DNA of 64,000 nucleotides from Candidatus Moranbacteria bacterium UBA2282 (lineage in GTDB: Bacteria > Patescibacteriota > Minisyncoccia > Moranbacterales > UBA2206): positions 85,995 through 149,994 of the forward strand of contig DDWQ01000011.1 in the NCBI GenBank assembly GCA_002345745.1, given 5' to 3'. Within the stretch, counting starts at the first letter, position 1. Each line of letters opens with the position of its first letter. The notes under the pieces were generated by a model. That model was not told the DNA's origin, did no database searches, and saw nothing but the letters and a program-made list of their open reading frames with translations. The position numbers and the translations under genes are program-made. This document shows positions 19,810 to 28,832 of the stretch, piece by piece.

Positions 19810-20751
19810 CTAGATGTTTTTTCGACGCACAACATACATCGGACGATTGATAACCTCACTGTGAATATTAGCAACATACATTGCCAAAAGACCTATTGAA
19901 ATCAGAATTATACCTACAAGAAAAAGAATAAGAATAGCTAAATTTTCTGCATCAGAAAAAGTTGAAGCAAAATTCGTACGAAAAACATATTTACCCAACA
20001 AAATATAGAAGCCTGCTACACCAGAAATTGTTGTTATAAAGATACCAAGTGATCCAGCCAGTTTCAACGGCACAAGGCTAAGTGACATAAAGCTATTAAC
20101 CGCAAGTTTAAATAATTTCCAAAAACCGTAGCTTGCTGTTCCATATAATCTTTCGTTAGCATTAAAATAAACACAAGTTCGCTGAAATCCCAGCCAATCA
20201 ATGAGAGCTCTGGTCATGCGATTTGTTTCCGTGAAACGATTAAATTCGGCAATAACAACCTTATCAATCAAGCGAAAATCAGTAGCACTCGGTATGATAT
20301 GCACATCTGCTATTTGATTTATAATTTTATAAAATATTTTTGAACCAATTTTCTTAATTAATTTATCACTTTTATTTTCTTTTCGCACACCGACGACAAC
20401 ATCATTACCCTCTTCCCATTTGGCAATAAATTCAGGAATAAGCTCTACTGGATGTTGCATATCTGCGTCCAACATAATACAAGCATCAGAGACACAATTA
20501 TTTATTCCAGCGGTAGTCGCCAGCTCCTTTCCAAAATTCCTAGAAAAATCAATGTATTTAACTGTCATATCCGATTTGGATAATTTCTCAATTTCAAAGA
20601 TTGTGTTGTCCGTGCTGCCGTCATTAATAAACAATATACTGAATTCGTATGACTTTCCCACAGAAACAAAGACCTTTTTAAGGGCATTATATATAGGAGC
20701 TATATTCTTCTCCTCATTATACGCTGGAATGACTATGGAAATTGACTTCAT
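19810..20751 (-). CDS. GT2 polyprenol-phosphate glycosyltransferase (GtrB/ArnC/DPM1-like)
   Basis: SIVIPAYNEEKNI, NDGSTDNT, DADMQH motifs. Two C-terminal TM helices. Confidence 0.85.
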   Translation of the reverse strand: MKSISIVIPAYNEEKNIAPIYNALKKVFVSVGKSYEFSILFINDGSTDNTIFEIEKLSKSDMTVKYIDFSRNFGKELATTAGINNCVSDACIMLDADMQHPVELIPEFIAKWEEGNDVVVGVRKENKSDKLIKKIGSKIFYKIINQIADVHIIPSATDFRLIDKVVIAEFNRFTETNRMTRALIDWLGFQRTCVYFNANERLYGTASYGFWKLFKLAVNSFMSLSLVPLKLAGSLGIFITTISGVAGFYILLGKYVFRTNFASTFSDAENLAILILFLVGIILISIGLLAMYVANIHSEVINRPMYVVRRKNI

Positions 20752-20898
20752 ATTGGTGATATTAATCCTAAGTTATCTTCTTTCAGTATAACAGCTATTT
20801 TCTTTTACTCAAATGATATTTATTATATAATAGCTATACAAGTAGTTTCTACCAGAAATAAAGACTAGTCAACCACTAACAATAAATAAAAATTTAAT

Positions 20899-21618
20899 AT
20901 GCTTAAAAAAAATAACAGCACTCTGATAATTTCCGTAGACGACTTTGGTATTAGCAAGTTAGCTAATGAAAATATTCTTCGACTCGCGAGATATGGCAAA
21001 ATTGACCGAGTAGAAATAATGATGAGTCAAAATATCATGCCTAGCCACGTCACGGAACTCCTAGCCTCTGGCGTTGCACTGGACATTCATCTGCATCTAG
21101 CCAAAGGTAGCTTGGATTTATGGCAAGATAATTTTAGAAAATCAAGTCCTGGAACAATACAAAGAATTTTTGCGTTTCTCTTCAGTTATTTTTTTGGTAA
21201 AAACAGACCCAAAGAAATTGCTAAAGAGTGGGAAGAACAAATACAGGAATTTAAAAGACTTTTTCAAAAAAATCCGGATGGGATAAGCTCTCATGAACAT
21301 ATTCATTTTTTCCCTTCCTATTTTTCGCTAGTCTTAAAACTTGCTAAAAAAAATAATATTCCGTATGTGCGTTTTGGAAAATATTGGGTCAAAGAAAAAA
21401 ATCCCGCTTGTCTGATTCTAAATTTTTTAAAAAAAATTAATAGTTTAATTTTTAATGAAACTAGATTTGACTCGACTGACCTGATGATTAGTTTCAACTG
21501 GATAACTGATTTTGATAAGTTTTTACAAAATTGTCCAAGCAATAAAAAAATTGAGCTTGTTTTTCATCCGGAGAAAACAAATGAATTTGAATTTCTAAAA
21601 AAACTTTCTTTAGAATAA
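20899..21618 (+). CDS. YdjC/ChbG-family carbohydrate deacetylase
   Basis: N-terminal ISVDDFGIS matches the YdjC NADDFG motif. About 240 aa. Confidence 0.65.
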   Translation: MLKKNNSTLIISVDDFGISKLANENILRLARYGKIDRVEIMMSQNIMPSHVTELLASGVALDIHLHLAKGSLDLWQDNFRKSSPGTIQRIFAFLFSYFFGKNRPKEIAKEWEEQIQEFKRLFQKNPDGISSHEHIHFFPSYFSLVLKLAKKNNIPYVRFGKYWVKEKNPACLILNFLKKINSLIFNETRFDSTDLMISFNWITDFDKFLQNCPSNKKIELVFHPEKTNEFEFLKKLSLE

Positions 21619-21626
21619 AAAAACTG

Positions 21627-22571
21627 CTATTTTTTGCTTCCCAAATAAACCGGCAAAGCAAAGAAGCTTAGTAGCATTTGCAAGAAGCGACTGAGAATTG
21701 CTACCGTAATAACAACCGTGGCACTGACTCCGAAAAACCCAAAAAAAGTTACATACGCCCATTCCTTCACGCCAATATTATTAATGCTAATTGGCAAGGC
21801 TGAAATAAAGCTAATTAGAAATATAACTGACAGATAATCCAGAATATTTATCTGAACTCCCAACGCCAGAAAAAGCACAAAATTAGTTGCAGCCAGACCA
21901 ATCAGCCCAAAGGCCATTGACCACGCCACAGCGCGTCCTAGCACGCCTGAGTCGCTATGATAGTGCGATAATTCCTTCACAAAGCTCCAAATTTTTTCCG
22001 GCACATACTTAGCAAAGCTCAAATTGCGTACTGTCATTTTTTCCCAAAATCGCATTTGTCTTGTAACAAAAAATAACAATACAATCATCACGCTCAATAA
22101 TACCCCCGCATTTAACACTAACAAGATATGCTTAGTGCTGATTGTGCTAAAATTTATAACAGAAAAAAACAGCGTCAAAAGCGTCGCGCCAAAAAGACCA
22201 GTTAATCGATCCATCACCACCGAAGAGGCGGCCTCCGCATATTTTTTCTCAACTTTACCAATTTGATAAGCACGAAAAGTATCGCCACCAATAAAAGATG
22301 GCATAAAATTATTAACAAAAGTTCCAGCTAAATAAAACTTAAAAAAAGCACCTAAGGACAGCTCGATGCCTTTAAACTTTGCCAGCATTCGCCACTTCTG
22401 TGCGGAAACAGCAATGCCGATAAGCAAGATAACGAAATATAATATAATATATCCTATTTTAATCTGAGCTAGCAACGTCAGAACCTCTTGCCAATTCACT
22501 CGATAAATAATCCACAGCAAAAACACCACACTAACAACCAGTTTAATAATAAATTTTGTATTTTTTTTCAT
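21627..22571 (-). CDS. Flippase-like membrane protein (LPG-synthase TM domain / UPF0104 family)
   Basis: N-terminal KLVVSVVFLLWIIYRVNW...AQKWRMLAK pattern typical of PF03706. About 8 TM helices. Confidence 0.65.
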   Translation of the reverse strand: MKKNTKFIIKLVVSVVFLLWIIYRVNWQEVLTLLAQIKIGYIILYFVILLIGIAVSAQKWRMLAKFKGIELSLGAFFKFYLAGTFVNNFMPSFIGGDTFRAYQIGKVEKKYAEAASSVVMDRLTGLFGATLLTLFFSVINFSTISTKHILLVLNAGVLLSVMIVLLFFVTRQMRFWEKMTVRNLSFAKYVPEKIWSFVKELSHYHSDSGVLGRAVAWSMAFGLIGLAATNFVLFLALGVQINILDYLSVIFLISFISALPISINNIGVKEWAYVTFFGFFGVSATVVITVAILSRFLQMLLSFFALPVYLGSKK

Positions 22572-23741
22572 TTACTTAGAAACTTCTTGATATAGTTCAA
22601 AATATTGTCGAGCCACTTCTTGCCAACTCATTTTTTCCGCTAGCTGGCGACTAACTTGGCTCATTTTCTCACATAGCTCTGGATTTAATATTAATCTTTC
22701 AATTCTTTCCGCCAAGTCTTCCCTGCTACCCATTGCAACTATGAAGCCATTTTCTCCTTCCGTCACCAGTTCTTTAGTTCCGCCCGTCTCTGTCGCGATA
22801 ATTGGAAGTCCAGTCGCCAAGGCTTCTAGCATCGCATTACTCATTCCTTCATTGAAGGATGGCAGAATAAAGACATTTGCTTCTTGATAGTAGTTCGCTG
22901 TTTCTTCTCTAGGAATGCGTCCTAAAAATTGCACATTATTTTCTAATTTTAACTTCTTTGCCAACATAACTAAATTTTCCTTTTCATCGCCATCCCCCAT
23001 TATTTTCAAAAGAATATTAGGATATTTTGGCAAAAGCTGTTTCACTGCTTTAATCAAAAATTCCAACCCCTTGCGTTTTGTCACGCGTGAAGCACCAGGA
23101 GTAATAACAAATTTATCCAATATTTTTTTATTCTGATTGGGTTTGAAATTATCAATGTCGATGCCATTGTGAATAACCCCGATTTTCTGACTCGGTCTTG
23201 CCTTGAGTGCCAAATCTTTCAAACCATCACTATTAGAAATAACAGCATCTGACTTTTTCCAAACATATCTAATAATTGGCAAGAGAATATAATATATCCA
23301 ACCAAACCTATCGCTATACCCCGGAACGTCTGAACCACGCAAAGACACAATGTAGTGCAGATTATATTGATATTTCAATAGTAGCGACAAAAAACCGCAC
23401 GGCACAGAAAAAAAGGAATGCGTTAAGTCATATTTATTTTTCTTAATCAGCTTCTTAGAAAAAAAATAAGCTTTCCAAGAATATACCAACAAATCTTTTT
23501 GCGACTGAAAATGCAGATTATTTTCATTTTTTCCAATCGGAAGCTTGTGAATTTGCACGTTGCTACCAATTTTTTCCAAATGATATTTATCATCGATTGA
23601 TGAGGTTACTAAATCGACTTCCAAATTTGGAATTTTCGCAAACTCGCCTAAAATATAGGCGGTTGCATTAGCTGCTCCTCCTCCAAGTGGTGGATATTCA
23701 TAGTTAAAAAAAAGTATTTTCATAAAATTCAGCGCTACCAA
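22572..23741 (-). CDS. GT4-family glycosyltransferase
   Basis: SFNEGMSNAMLEALATGLPIIATETGG...NGF motif. Confidence 0.85.
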   Translation of the reverse strand: MVALNFMKILFFNYEYPPLGGGAANATAYILGEFAKIPNLEVDLVTSSIDDKYHLEKIGSNVQIHKLPIGKNENNLHFQSQKDLLVYSWKAYFFSKKLIKKNKYDLTHSFFSVPCGFLSLLLKYQYNLHYIVSLRGSDVPGYSDRFGWIYYILLPIIRYVWKKSDAVISNSDGLKDLALKARPSQKIGVIHNGIDIDNFKPNQNKKILDKFVITPGASRVTKRKGLEFLIKAVKQLLPKYPNILLKIMGDGDEKENLVMLAKKLKLENNVQFLGRIPREETANYYQEANVFILPSFNEGMSNAMLEALATGLPIIATETGGTKELVTEGENGFIVAMGSREDLAERIERLILNPELCEKMSQVSRQLAEKMSWQEVARQYFELYQEVSK

Positions 23742-23905
23742 ATAATAAAAAACATAAAAGTTCTGTTTGGGAAGTCTTTGTTTCTCTGATATTTTCCTAG
23801 GGGCGTGTTGAATGAGGGAAAATATTAGCTAGAAACAAAGTGGTTCGAGTTAAGTTTTATGTTTTTTATTATTTGGCAATTTAGTTCTTACACGCTTTCA
23901 TTATA

Positions 23906-23936
23906 ACAAAAAAGAGGTGATGTTGCCATCACCTCT
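23906..23936 (-). terminator. Rho-independent terminator of ugd
   Basis: Hairpin agaggtgatg-ttgc-catcacctct; on the minus strand it is followed by TTTTTTG. Confidence 0.6.
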
Positions 23937-23943
23937 AGTTAAT

Positions 23944-25290
23944 TTACAGTTTATCTCCCCGGCCAATGGCATAATATTCAAATCCGGCCTTTTTTATGAA
24001 TGGAATATCAAACAAATTGCGACCGTCAAAAATCACTGGATTGATTAGCAATTTTTTCATACGCTCTAAATCAGGCGAGCGATATTCCTCGGTCTCAGTA
24101 GCAATTATAAGTGCTTCGCATCCATCTAGAAGGCTATATTTATCCATTTTTTCATAACTAATGCCCTCCCGATTAGCTAGATAAACATTTTTAGCTTCTT
24201 CAACTGCTAGTGGGTCATAAGCCACAATAGTAGCTCCGTGTTTGAGCAACTCTTCAACGATTGTAATTGCCGCAGATTCACGCATATCATTAGTCTCAGC
24301 CTTAAAAGCCAAACCCCAAAGAGCAAACTTTTGCCCAGTCAAATCCGCACCAAAACGTGCCACTACCTTGCTTGAAATAATGGTTTTCTGATAATCATTA
24401 ACATCTTCGATAGATTTCAAAAGATTGCGATATGGCTCTGGAACTCCAATTTTTTCCGCAAATTTAATGAGTGCTTTCACGTCTTTTGGAAAACAACTAC
24501 CGCCATATCCACAACTGGCATATAGAAATTTATTACCAATCCGCGGATCACTGCCCATTCCCTTGGCAATTTGCTTTACATCACCACCAATCATTTCACA
24601 AATTGCGGACATAGTATTAATATATGAAATCCTTTCCGCCAATATAGTGTTAGAGGCATATTTTATGAGTTCTGCCTCATGAACACCAACATGAATAAAA
24701 CGATCACCGCTCATCATAAAAGGCTTATATAGTTGATGTAATTTTTCAGCTACTTCAATATTGTCTGTGCCAACCACTACGCGACTTGGCTCCATCATAT
24801 CAGAAACAGCCCGACCTTCAGCCATAAATTCAGGATTACTAACGACATGAAATTCAATATTTTCTCCACGCTTATCCAATTCTGCTTGAATAATAGCTCG
24901 CACATTGTCAGCTGTTCCAACTGGCACAGTTGATTTATCCGCGATAATCAATGGTTTTTGCATTCGACTGCCGATTTCATATGCCACACTCTCCACAAAA
25001 CGCAAATCAGCACTACCATCTTGACCAGGAGGTGTCCCCACAGCCACAAAAACAATTTCAACATTACTAAGTGTTTCATCATAGTCTGTCGTAAAATGCA
25101 ACAATTTATGTTCCATTCCTTTTTTTACCAATTCTTCCAAGCCAGCCTCATCAATTGGCAAAATCCCTTGCTTGAGATTTTCAATTTTCTTCGCATCAGT
25201 ATCCAAGCAATAGACAGTATTTCCCATCTTGGCAAAAGCTGCTGCTAGTGGCAAGCCCACAAACCCAATTCCAATTACTCCGATTTTCAT
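23944..25290 (-). CDS. ugd: UDP-glucose 6-dehydrogenase (nucleotide-sugar dehydrogenase)
   Basis: MKIGVIGIGFVGLPLA Rossmann N-terminus. Catalytic GYGGSCFPKDV motif. 448 aa. Confidence 0.88.
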   Translation of the reverse strand: MKIGVIGIGFVGLPLAAAFAKMGNTVYCLDTDAKKIENLKQGILPIDEAGLEELVKKGMEHKLLHFTTDYDETLSNVEIVFVAVGTPPGQDGSADLRFVESVAYEIGSRMQKPLIIADKSTVPVGTADNVRAIIQAELDKRGENIEFHVVSNPEFMAEGRAVSDMMEPSRVVVGTDNIEVAEKLHQLYKPFMMSGDRFIHVGVHEAELIKYASNTILAERISYINTMSAICEMIGGDVKQIAKGMGSDPRIGNKFLYASCGYGGSCFPKDVKALIKFAEKIGVPEPYRNLLKSIEDVNDYQKTIISSKVVARFGADLTGQKFALWGLAFKAETNDMRESAAITIVEELLKHGATIVAYDPLAVEEAKNVYLANREGISYEKMDKYSLLDGCEALIIATETEEYRSPDLERMKKLLINPVIFDGRNLFDIPFIKKAGFEYYAIGRGDKL

Positions 25291-25390
25291 ATGTTTTAGT
25301 CTTTAAAGTCATAAAGCTGAAAGTCCATAAAGTCGATTTGAAAAAATGCTTTATGAACTTTATGAACTTGATAGACTTTTGACTTAATTG
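25291..25390. repeat. Intergenic palindromic array of 9-bp periodic units (AAAGTC half, then GACTTT half)
   Basis: gtctttaaa gtcataaag ctgaaagtc cataaagtc ... ctttatgaa ctttatgaa cttgataga cttttgact. Shares acttgatagacttt with the 53552 copy. Confidence 0.6.
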
Positions 25391-26353
25391 TTAATTATTG
25401 ATAATTGATTTGATTGAATAATTCATTTGGTCTCGATTTTTGTAATAATTCTTCACCAAGATATCTGCGAGCAATCCTGAAATAAAAAGTTGCATACCAG
25501 TCAAAATAAAAAATATCCCGATAAGTGGCCAGATTTTTTCCGCCAGAGAGGCATTAAAAAAGATTTTTTCGATAGCCATCCATATTAGAATAAATGTGCC
25601 TACAACTGAAAAAACTATTCCAGCACCACCAAACAGATGCAGTGGACGATTTGCATATTTTCTCCAAAACCAAATAGAAATCATATCTACAAAGCCTTTG
25701 ATAGCTCGCTTCCAATTATATTTCGTCACGCCATGAATTCTGGGATGATGCGAGACGACCACTTCACCAACTTTGTAACCTTGCATTTCCAAAATTGCTG
25801 GCATAAAGCGATGCATTTCACCAAACAAATCCACTTCCTCAAAACAACTTCTTTTGTATGCCTTCAAACTGCAACCACTATCATGAATCTTATCTTGAAT
25901 TAGAATCTTGCGTAAAAGATTTGCCGTGCGTGAAAAAAACTTTTTCATGAAAGTGTCTTTGCGATGAAAACGCCAACCGGAAACAACATCAAATAATCCT
26001 CTGTCCATTTCTTCTAGCAACAATTTAATATCCGCGGGGTCATTTTGCAAGTCGCCATCCATCGTCACAATAATTTCGCCCGTCGCTTCTTTAATACCGG
26101 CATCAAAAGCGGCTGTTTGTCCAAAATTTTTGCGGAATTGAATCAACTTCAAAGGCGAAAGATTAACAGCTTTCTCTACGGTCTTGTCTTTTGAACCATC
26201 ATCAATAAAAATTATTTCAAAGCTTTTTCCCAACGCCACACAAGCGTTTTTAATTCGCTCATGCAACAGTTCAACATTGCCTTCCTCATTATACAGCGGT
26301 ACGACAACTGATAAATAAATTTTGTCTGTTTTTAACTTTGCATCTTCTTCCAT
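25391..26353 (-). CDS. GT2 polyprenol-phosphate glycosyltransferase (ArnC/GtrB-like)
   Basis: LSVVVPLYNEEGNV, DDGSKDKT, DGDLQNDP motifs. C-terminal TM helices. Confidence 0.85.
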   Translation of the reverse strand: MEEDAKLKTDKIYLSVVVPLYNEEGNVELLHERIKNACVALGKSFEIIFIDDGSKDKTVEKAVNLSPLKLIQFRKNFGQTAAFDAGIKEATGEIIVTMDGDLQNDPADIKLLLEEMDRGLFDVVSGWRFHRKDTFMKKFFSRTANLLRKILIQDKIHDSGCSLKAYKRSCFEEVDLFGEMHRFMPAILEMQGYKVGEVVVSHHPRIHGVTKYNWKRAIKGFVDMISIWFWRKYANRPLHLFGGAGIVFSVVGTFILIWMAIEKIFFNASLAEKIWPLIGIFFILTGMQLFISGLLADILVKNYYKNRDQMNYSIKSIINN

Positions 26354-26402
26354 ATTTTTAGAATTCTAATAAGTTAGCTACTCTGTTATTTTACAGCGAA
26401 TC

Positions 26403-26423
26403 GCTAATATTGGCAATATTAGC
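26403..26423. promoter_or_regulatory. Operator-like palindrome in a divergent intergenic region
   Basis: GCTAATATTG-g-CAATATTAGC: 10-bp perfect arms with a 1-nt spacer. Confidence 0.35.
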
Positions 26424-26455
26424 CAAAATAGCCAAAAGAATATGTTTTTTTATTA

Positions 26456-26510
26456 CTTAGTCTACTTAGGACTCTACTTAGGACGGTCCTAAGTAGACCT
26501 AAGTAGATTA
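26456..26510. repeat. REP-A element (extended nested palindrome around the CTTAGGAC-G-GTCCTAAG core)
   Basis: tctacttaggactctacttaggac g gtcctaagtagacctaagtaga. Same core as the copies around RAYT-1. Confidence 0.7.
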
Positions 26511-26568
26511 GAAAAATTTTACGAAAACTGCTATACTTAATCTATATTAGATAAAAAACAAAAAAATA

Positions 26569-28023
26569 ATGCTTATCAAAATAAAATTTATCATATTCAT
26601 TCTCACTCTTTCTTTTCTACTGACCCCGCTTTTTGATGTTCACGCCTCCTTGTCTGATGACGCGAACGCTTACCAAAAATATCCTTTGCATGAAAAATAT
26701 GAAAAGAAAAAGAAATATAAGGAATACTTAAAAGCTAAAGAAAAATATGCTTTTGAAACCACTGAAGAAAAACTCGAATACAAGCAAGCTTATGATAATT
26801 ACAAACTATTTAAAAAAAATCCGGTAACCTATCGTCGATATGCTGTTCTTTTACCTGAATATAATAAATATAAGAAATATAAGGAAAAATATCTTCCCCT
26901 AAAAAAATATTCCACATACAAGAAATATAACAAAAAGGAATATGATAGATACAAAAATTACGGTTCTAATGGATATAAGGATGGCTACAACCGCTACAAG
27001 GTTTTTATGAATGACCTTGGAAATGTGACCACTAATCGTGGACCAGAAATAAAAGTTGGACTTTGGAGCTATTCCATTGCAGATCTTCAAAGCAGTCCAT
27101 TCAAGATTACTGCTAACAAACCATTTGATGTCACCAATTGTGATTCGACCAAAATAAATCCAACTCCTATTGCCATCGGTGAAAATGCCAGAGTAACATA
27201 TCTTGGTCCGGATGGAATACTTCAAGTCTATAACAGTAACATTCCTGAACTTTTTCCAATCACTGACAATCAGGACAAATTTTGTTTTGTGGCTTCTGAC
27301 GGCAACAATGATGATATGATTTTTGATGTTAATAGACCATCCTCTACTTACGATCAATACCGTGGAAAAATAAAAATTCAGCATAGCTATACCCAAGACA
27401 ATCAAGATCAAGAAGGAGATTTGCGACGCATTTGGGTTATCAATGAACTTCCACTTGAACATTATGTTTGGGGCTTTGGAGAAATTGGCGGAGGAGTCCA
27501 GCAACATTCACTCGCGATGTTAGTGACAGCTCGCACATACGCACGCTGGTATCTCCAACCAACTGTGACTAGGTGGAATGAAGAAGGTTTCAATGTTCTC
27601 TCAACTTCAGGTTCACAAATATATAGTGGCTATGACTACGAAAAAGATCATCTCACAATTCCGGATCTTGCACGCCAAACAAATGGAATCATAATGAGAA
27701 ATCAAGATGGCGATGTCGTGCTGGCAGCCTATAGCAGTTGGACAGATGGACGCACACGAAAATATGAAGATGGTCTTTTTGGCGGAAGTTGCAAGGCTGT
27801 TACCGCTGGAGATACATCATCTGCATATCCAGAACTCAGTGCTGTGTCTGACCCCTATGGAAAAAATTCAAGTCTAGACACTTGTGCCTTAGGTAGCGCT
27901 GGAAATCATATGGTCGGCCTCAGTGCCAACGGTTCACTTAATCTTGCCGCAAATTATGGCTGGTCTTGGACAAGAATTTTGAGTTATTACTATTCAGGCA
28001 TTAACATAGTCAAAGAATATTAA
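26569..28023 (+). CDS. Secreted SpoIID/LytB-domain protein with a Lys/Tyr-rich repetitive N-terminal region
   Basis: Signal peptide. YKKY-type low-complexity repeats. C-terminal HSLAMLVTARTYARWY resembles the SpoIID AQAVAARTYA motif. Confidence 0.5.
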   Translation: MLIKIKFIIFILTLSFLLTPLFDVHASLSDDANAYQKYPLHEKYEKKKKYKEYLKAKEKYAFETTEEKLEYKQAYDNYKLFKKNPVTYRRYAVLLPEYNKYKKYKEKYLPLKKYSTYKKYNKKEYDRYKNYGSNGYKDGYNRYKVFMNDLGNVTTNRGPEIKVGLWSYSIADLQSSPFKITANKPFDVTNCDSTKINPTPIAIGENARVTYLGPDGILQVYNSNIPELFPITDNQDKFCFVASDGNNDDMIFDVNRPSSTYDQYRGKIKIQHSYTQDNQDQEGDLRRIWVINELPLEHYVWGFGEIGGGVQQHSLAMLVTARTYARWYLQPTVTRWNEEGFNVLSTSGSQIYSGYDYEKDHLTIPDLARQTNGIIMRNQDGDVVLAAYSSWTDGRTRKYEDGLFGGSCKAVTAGDTSSAYPELSAVSDPYGKNSSLDTCALGSAGNHMVGLSANGSLNLAANYGWSWTRILSYYYSGINIVKEY

Positions 28024-28040
28024 ATAAATAATTACGACCT

Positions 28041-28586
28041 ATGAGCAAATTCTCCAAAATCTCTCTCACAATTTTCATTTTTGTACTAGCAGGATTATTG
28101 ATTTATAGTTTTCTCATTTTCCGTGACCGTAATTCCGTGCCAAACAAGGATGATTCTCAACAATCAGCAGAGCAAGAACAAGAAAATGCTCCTTCAACAG
28201 ATTCATCAACTGATTCAGTCACAGATAATTCAAGCATAGATTCCGAAGACGCCGATAACACAGAGGGAGAGTCTGAAAGTGTCACATCTGAAAATACTGA
28301 TTATATCAATATTTCACGCTCTGATTGTGACAACAATTGCCAGGATTTCACTGACCCAGACGATCTCAAATATTGTCAACAAGTTTGCGGGCTGACGGAA
28401 ATCAAAAAGGACGTCACAGAAAAAACTGGTTGCGACGCCCTGCAAGATTTGGAAAAAGACTATTGTCTCAAAGATTTGGCGATTACCAAAAAAGATATCA
28501 GCCTTTGCGCAAAAATCAGCGACACCAATGTCCTCAAGACTTGCAAAAATCGCATCGCCCAAGACCTACTGGAATCACAAAATTAA
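28041..28586 (+). CDS. Small secreted/anchored protein with an acidic Ser/Asp-rich region and a Cys-rich C-terminal domain
   Basis: N-terminal TM/signal segment, a low-complexity S/D/E stretch, and 8 Cys in the C-terminal half. Confidence 0.4.
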   Translation: MSKFSKISLTIFIFVLAGLLIYSFLIFRDRNSVPNKDDSQQSAEQEQENAPSTDSSTDSVTDNSSIDSEDADNTEGESESVTSENTDYINISRSDCDNNCQDFTDPDDLKYCQQVCGLTEIKKDVTEKTGCDALQDLEKDYCLKDLAITKKDISLCAKISDTNVLKTCKNRIAQDLLESQN

Positions 28587-28596
28587 ATAATAGATT

Positions 28597-28620
28597 TACT
28601 TAGGACGGTCCTGGGGAATA
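28597..28620. repeat. REP-A copy
   Basis: acttaggacggtcctggggaata. Confidence 0.65.
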
Positions 28621-28743
28621 TAACCGATTAGAAATCGCATATTTAGACTCAAACATAATACTTTAAGTTATATTCTATAGTCTTATTATAGACGATTGAT
28701 AGACGATTGTCAACCTCACTAGCCTACTGGCGGTTACGCATTT

Positions 28744-28785
28744 CATTGGCAGGTGAGTATTCACCAGTCAATACTCACCCCCAAT
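28744..28785. other. Nested stem-loop (CATTGG..GGTGAGTATT..AATACTCACC..CCAATG); possible terminator or small structured RNA
   Basis: 10-bp inner arms plus 6-bp outer arms; lies between convergent genes. Confidence 0.3.
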
Positions 28786-28832
28786 GCGAGTGAAATATTT
28801 TCAGGCTCCAATTTTTAAAAAATTTATAATGT

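Noticed and set aside
23777-23841. 12-bp inverted repeat (CTTTGTTTCT...AGAAACAAAG) with a 40-nt loop downstream of the GT4 gene.
   Set aside because: The loop is too large for a terminator, and the repeat is not seen elsewhere in the window. It is likely incidental.
23790-23870. tRNA-like GGTTCGAGT T-loop motif in the ugd downstream region.
   Set aside because: No acceptor, D or anticodon stems could be paired around it. It is more likely a chance match or a decayed fragment.
25291-25390. 9-mer arrays as DnaA boxes or a replication origin.
   Set aside because: The units (nnnAAAGTC / GACTTTnnn) do not match the TTATCCACA consensus, and no dnaA or dnaN gene is nearby.
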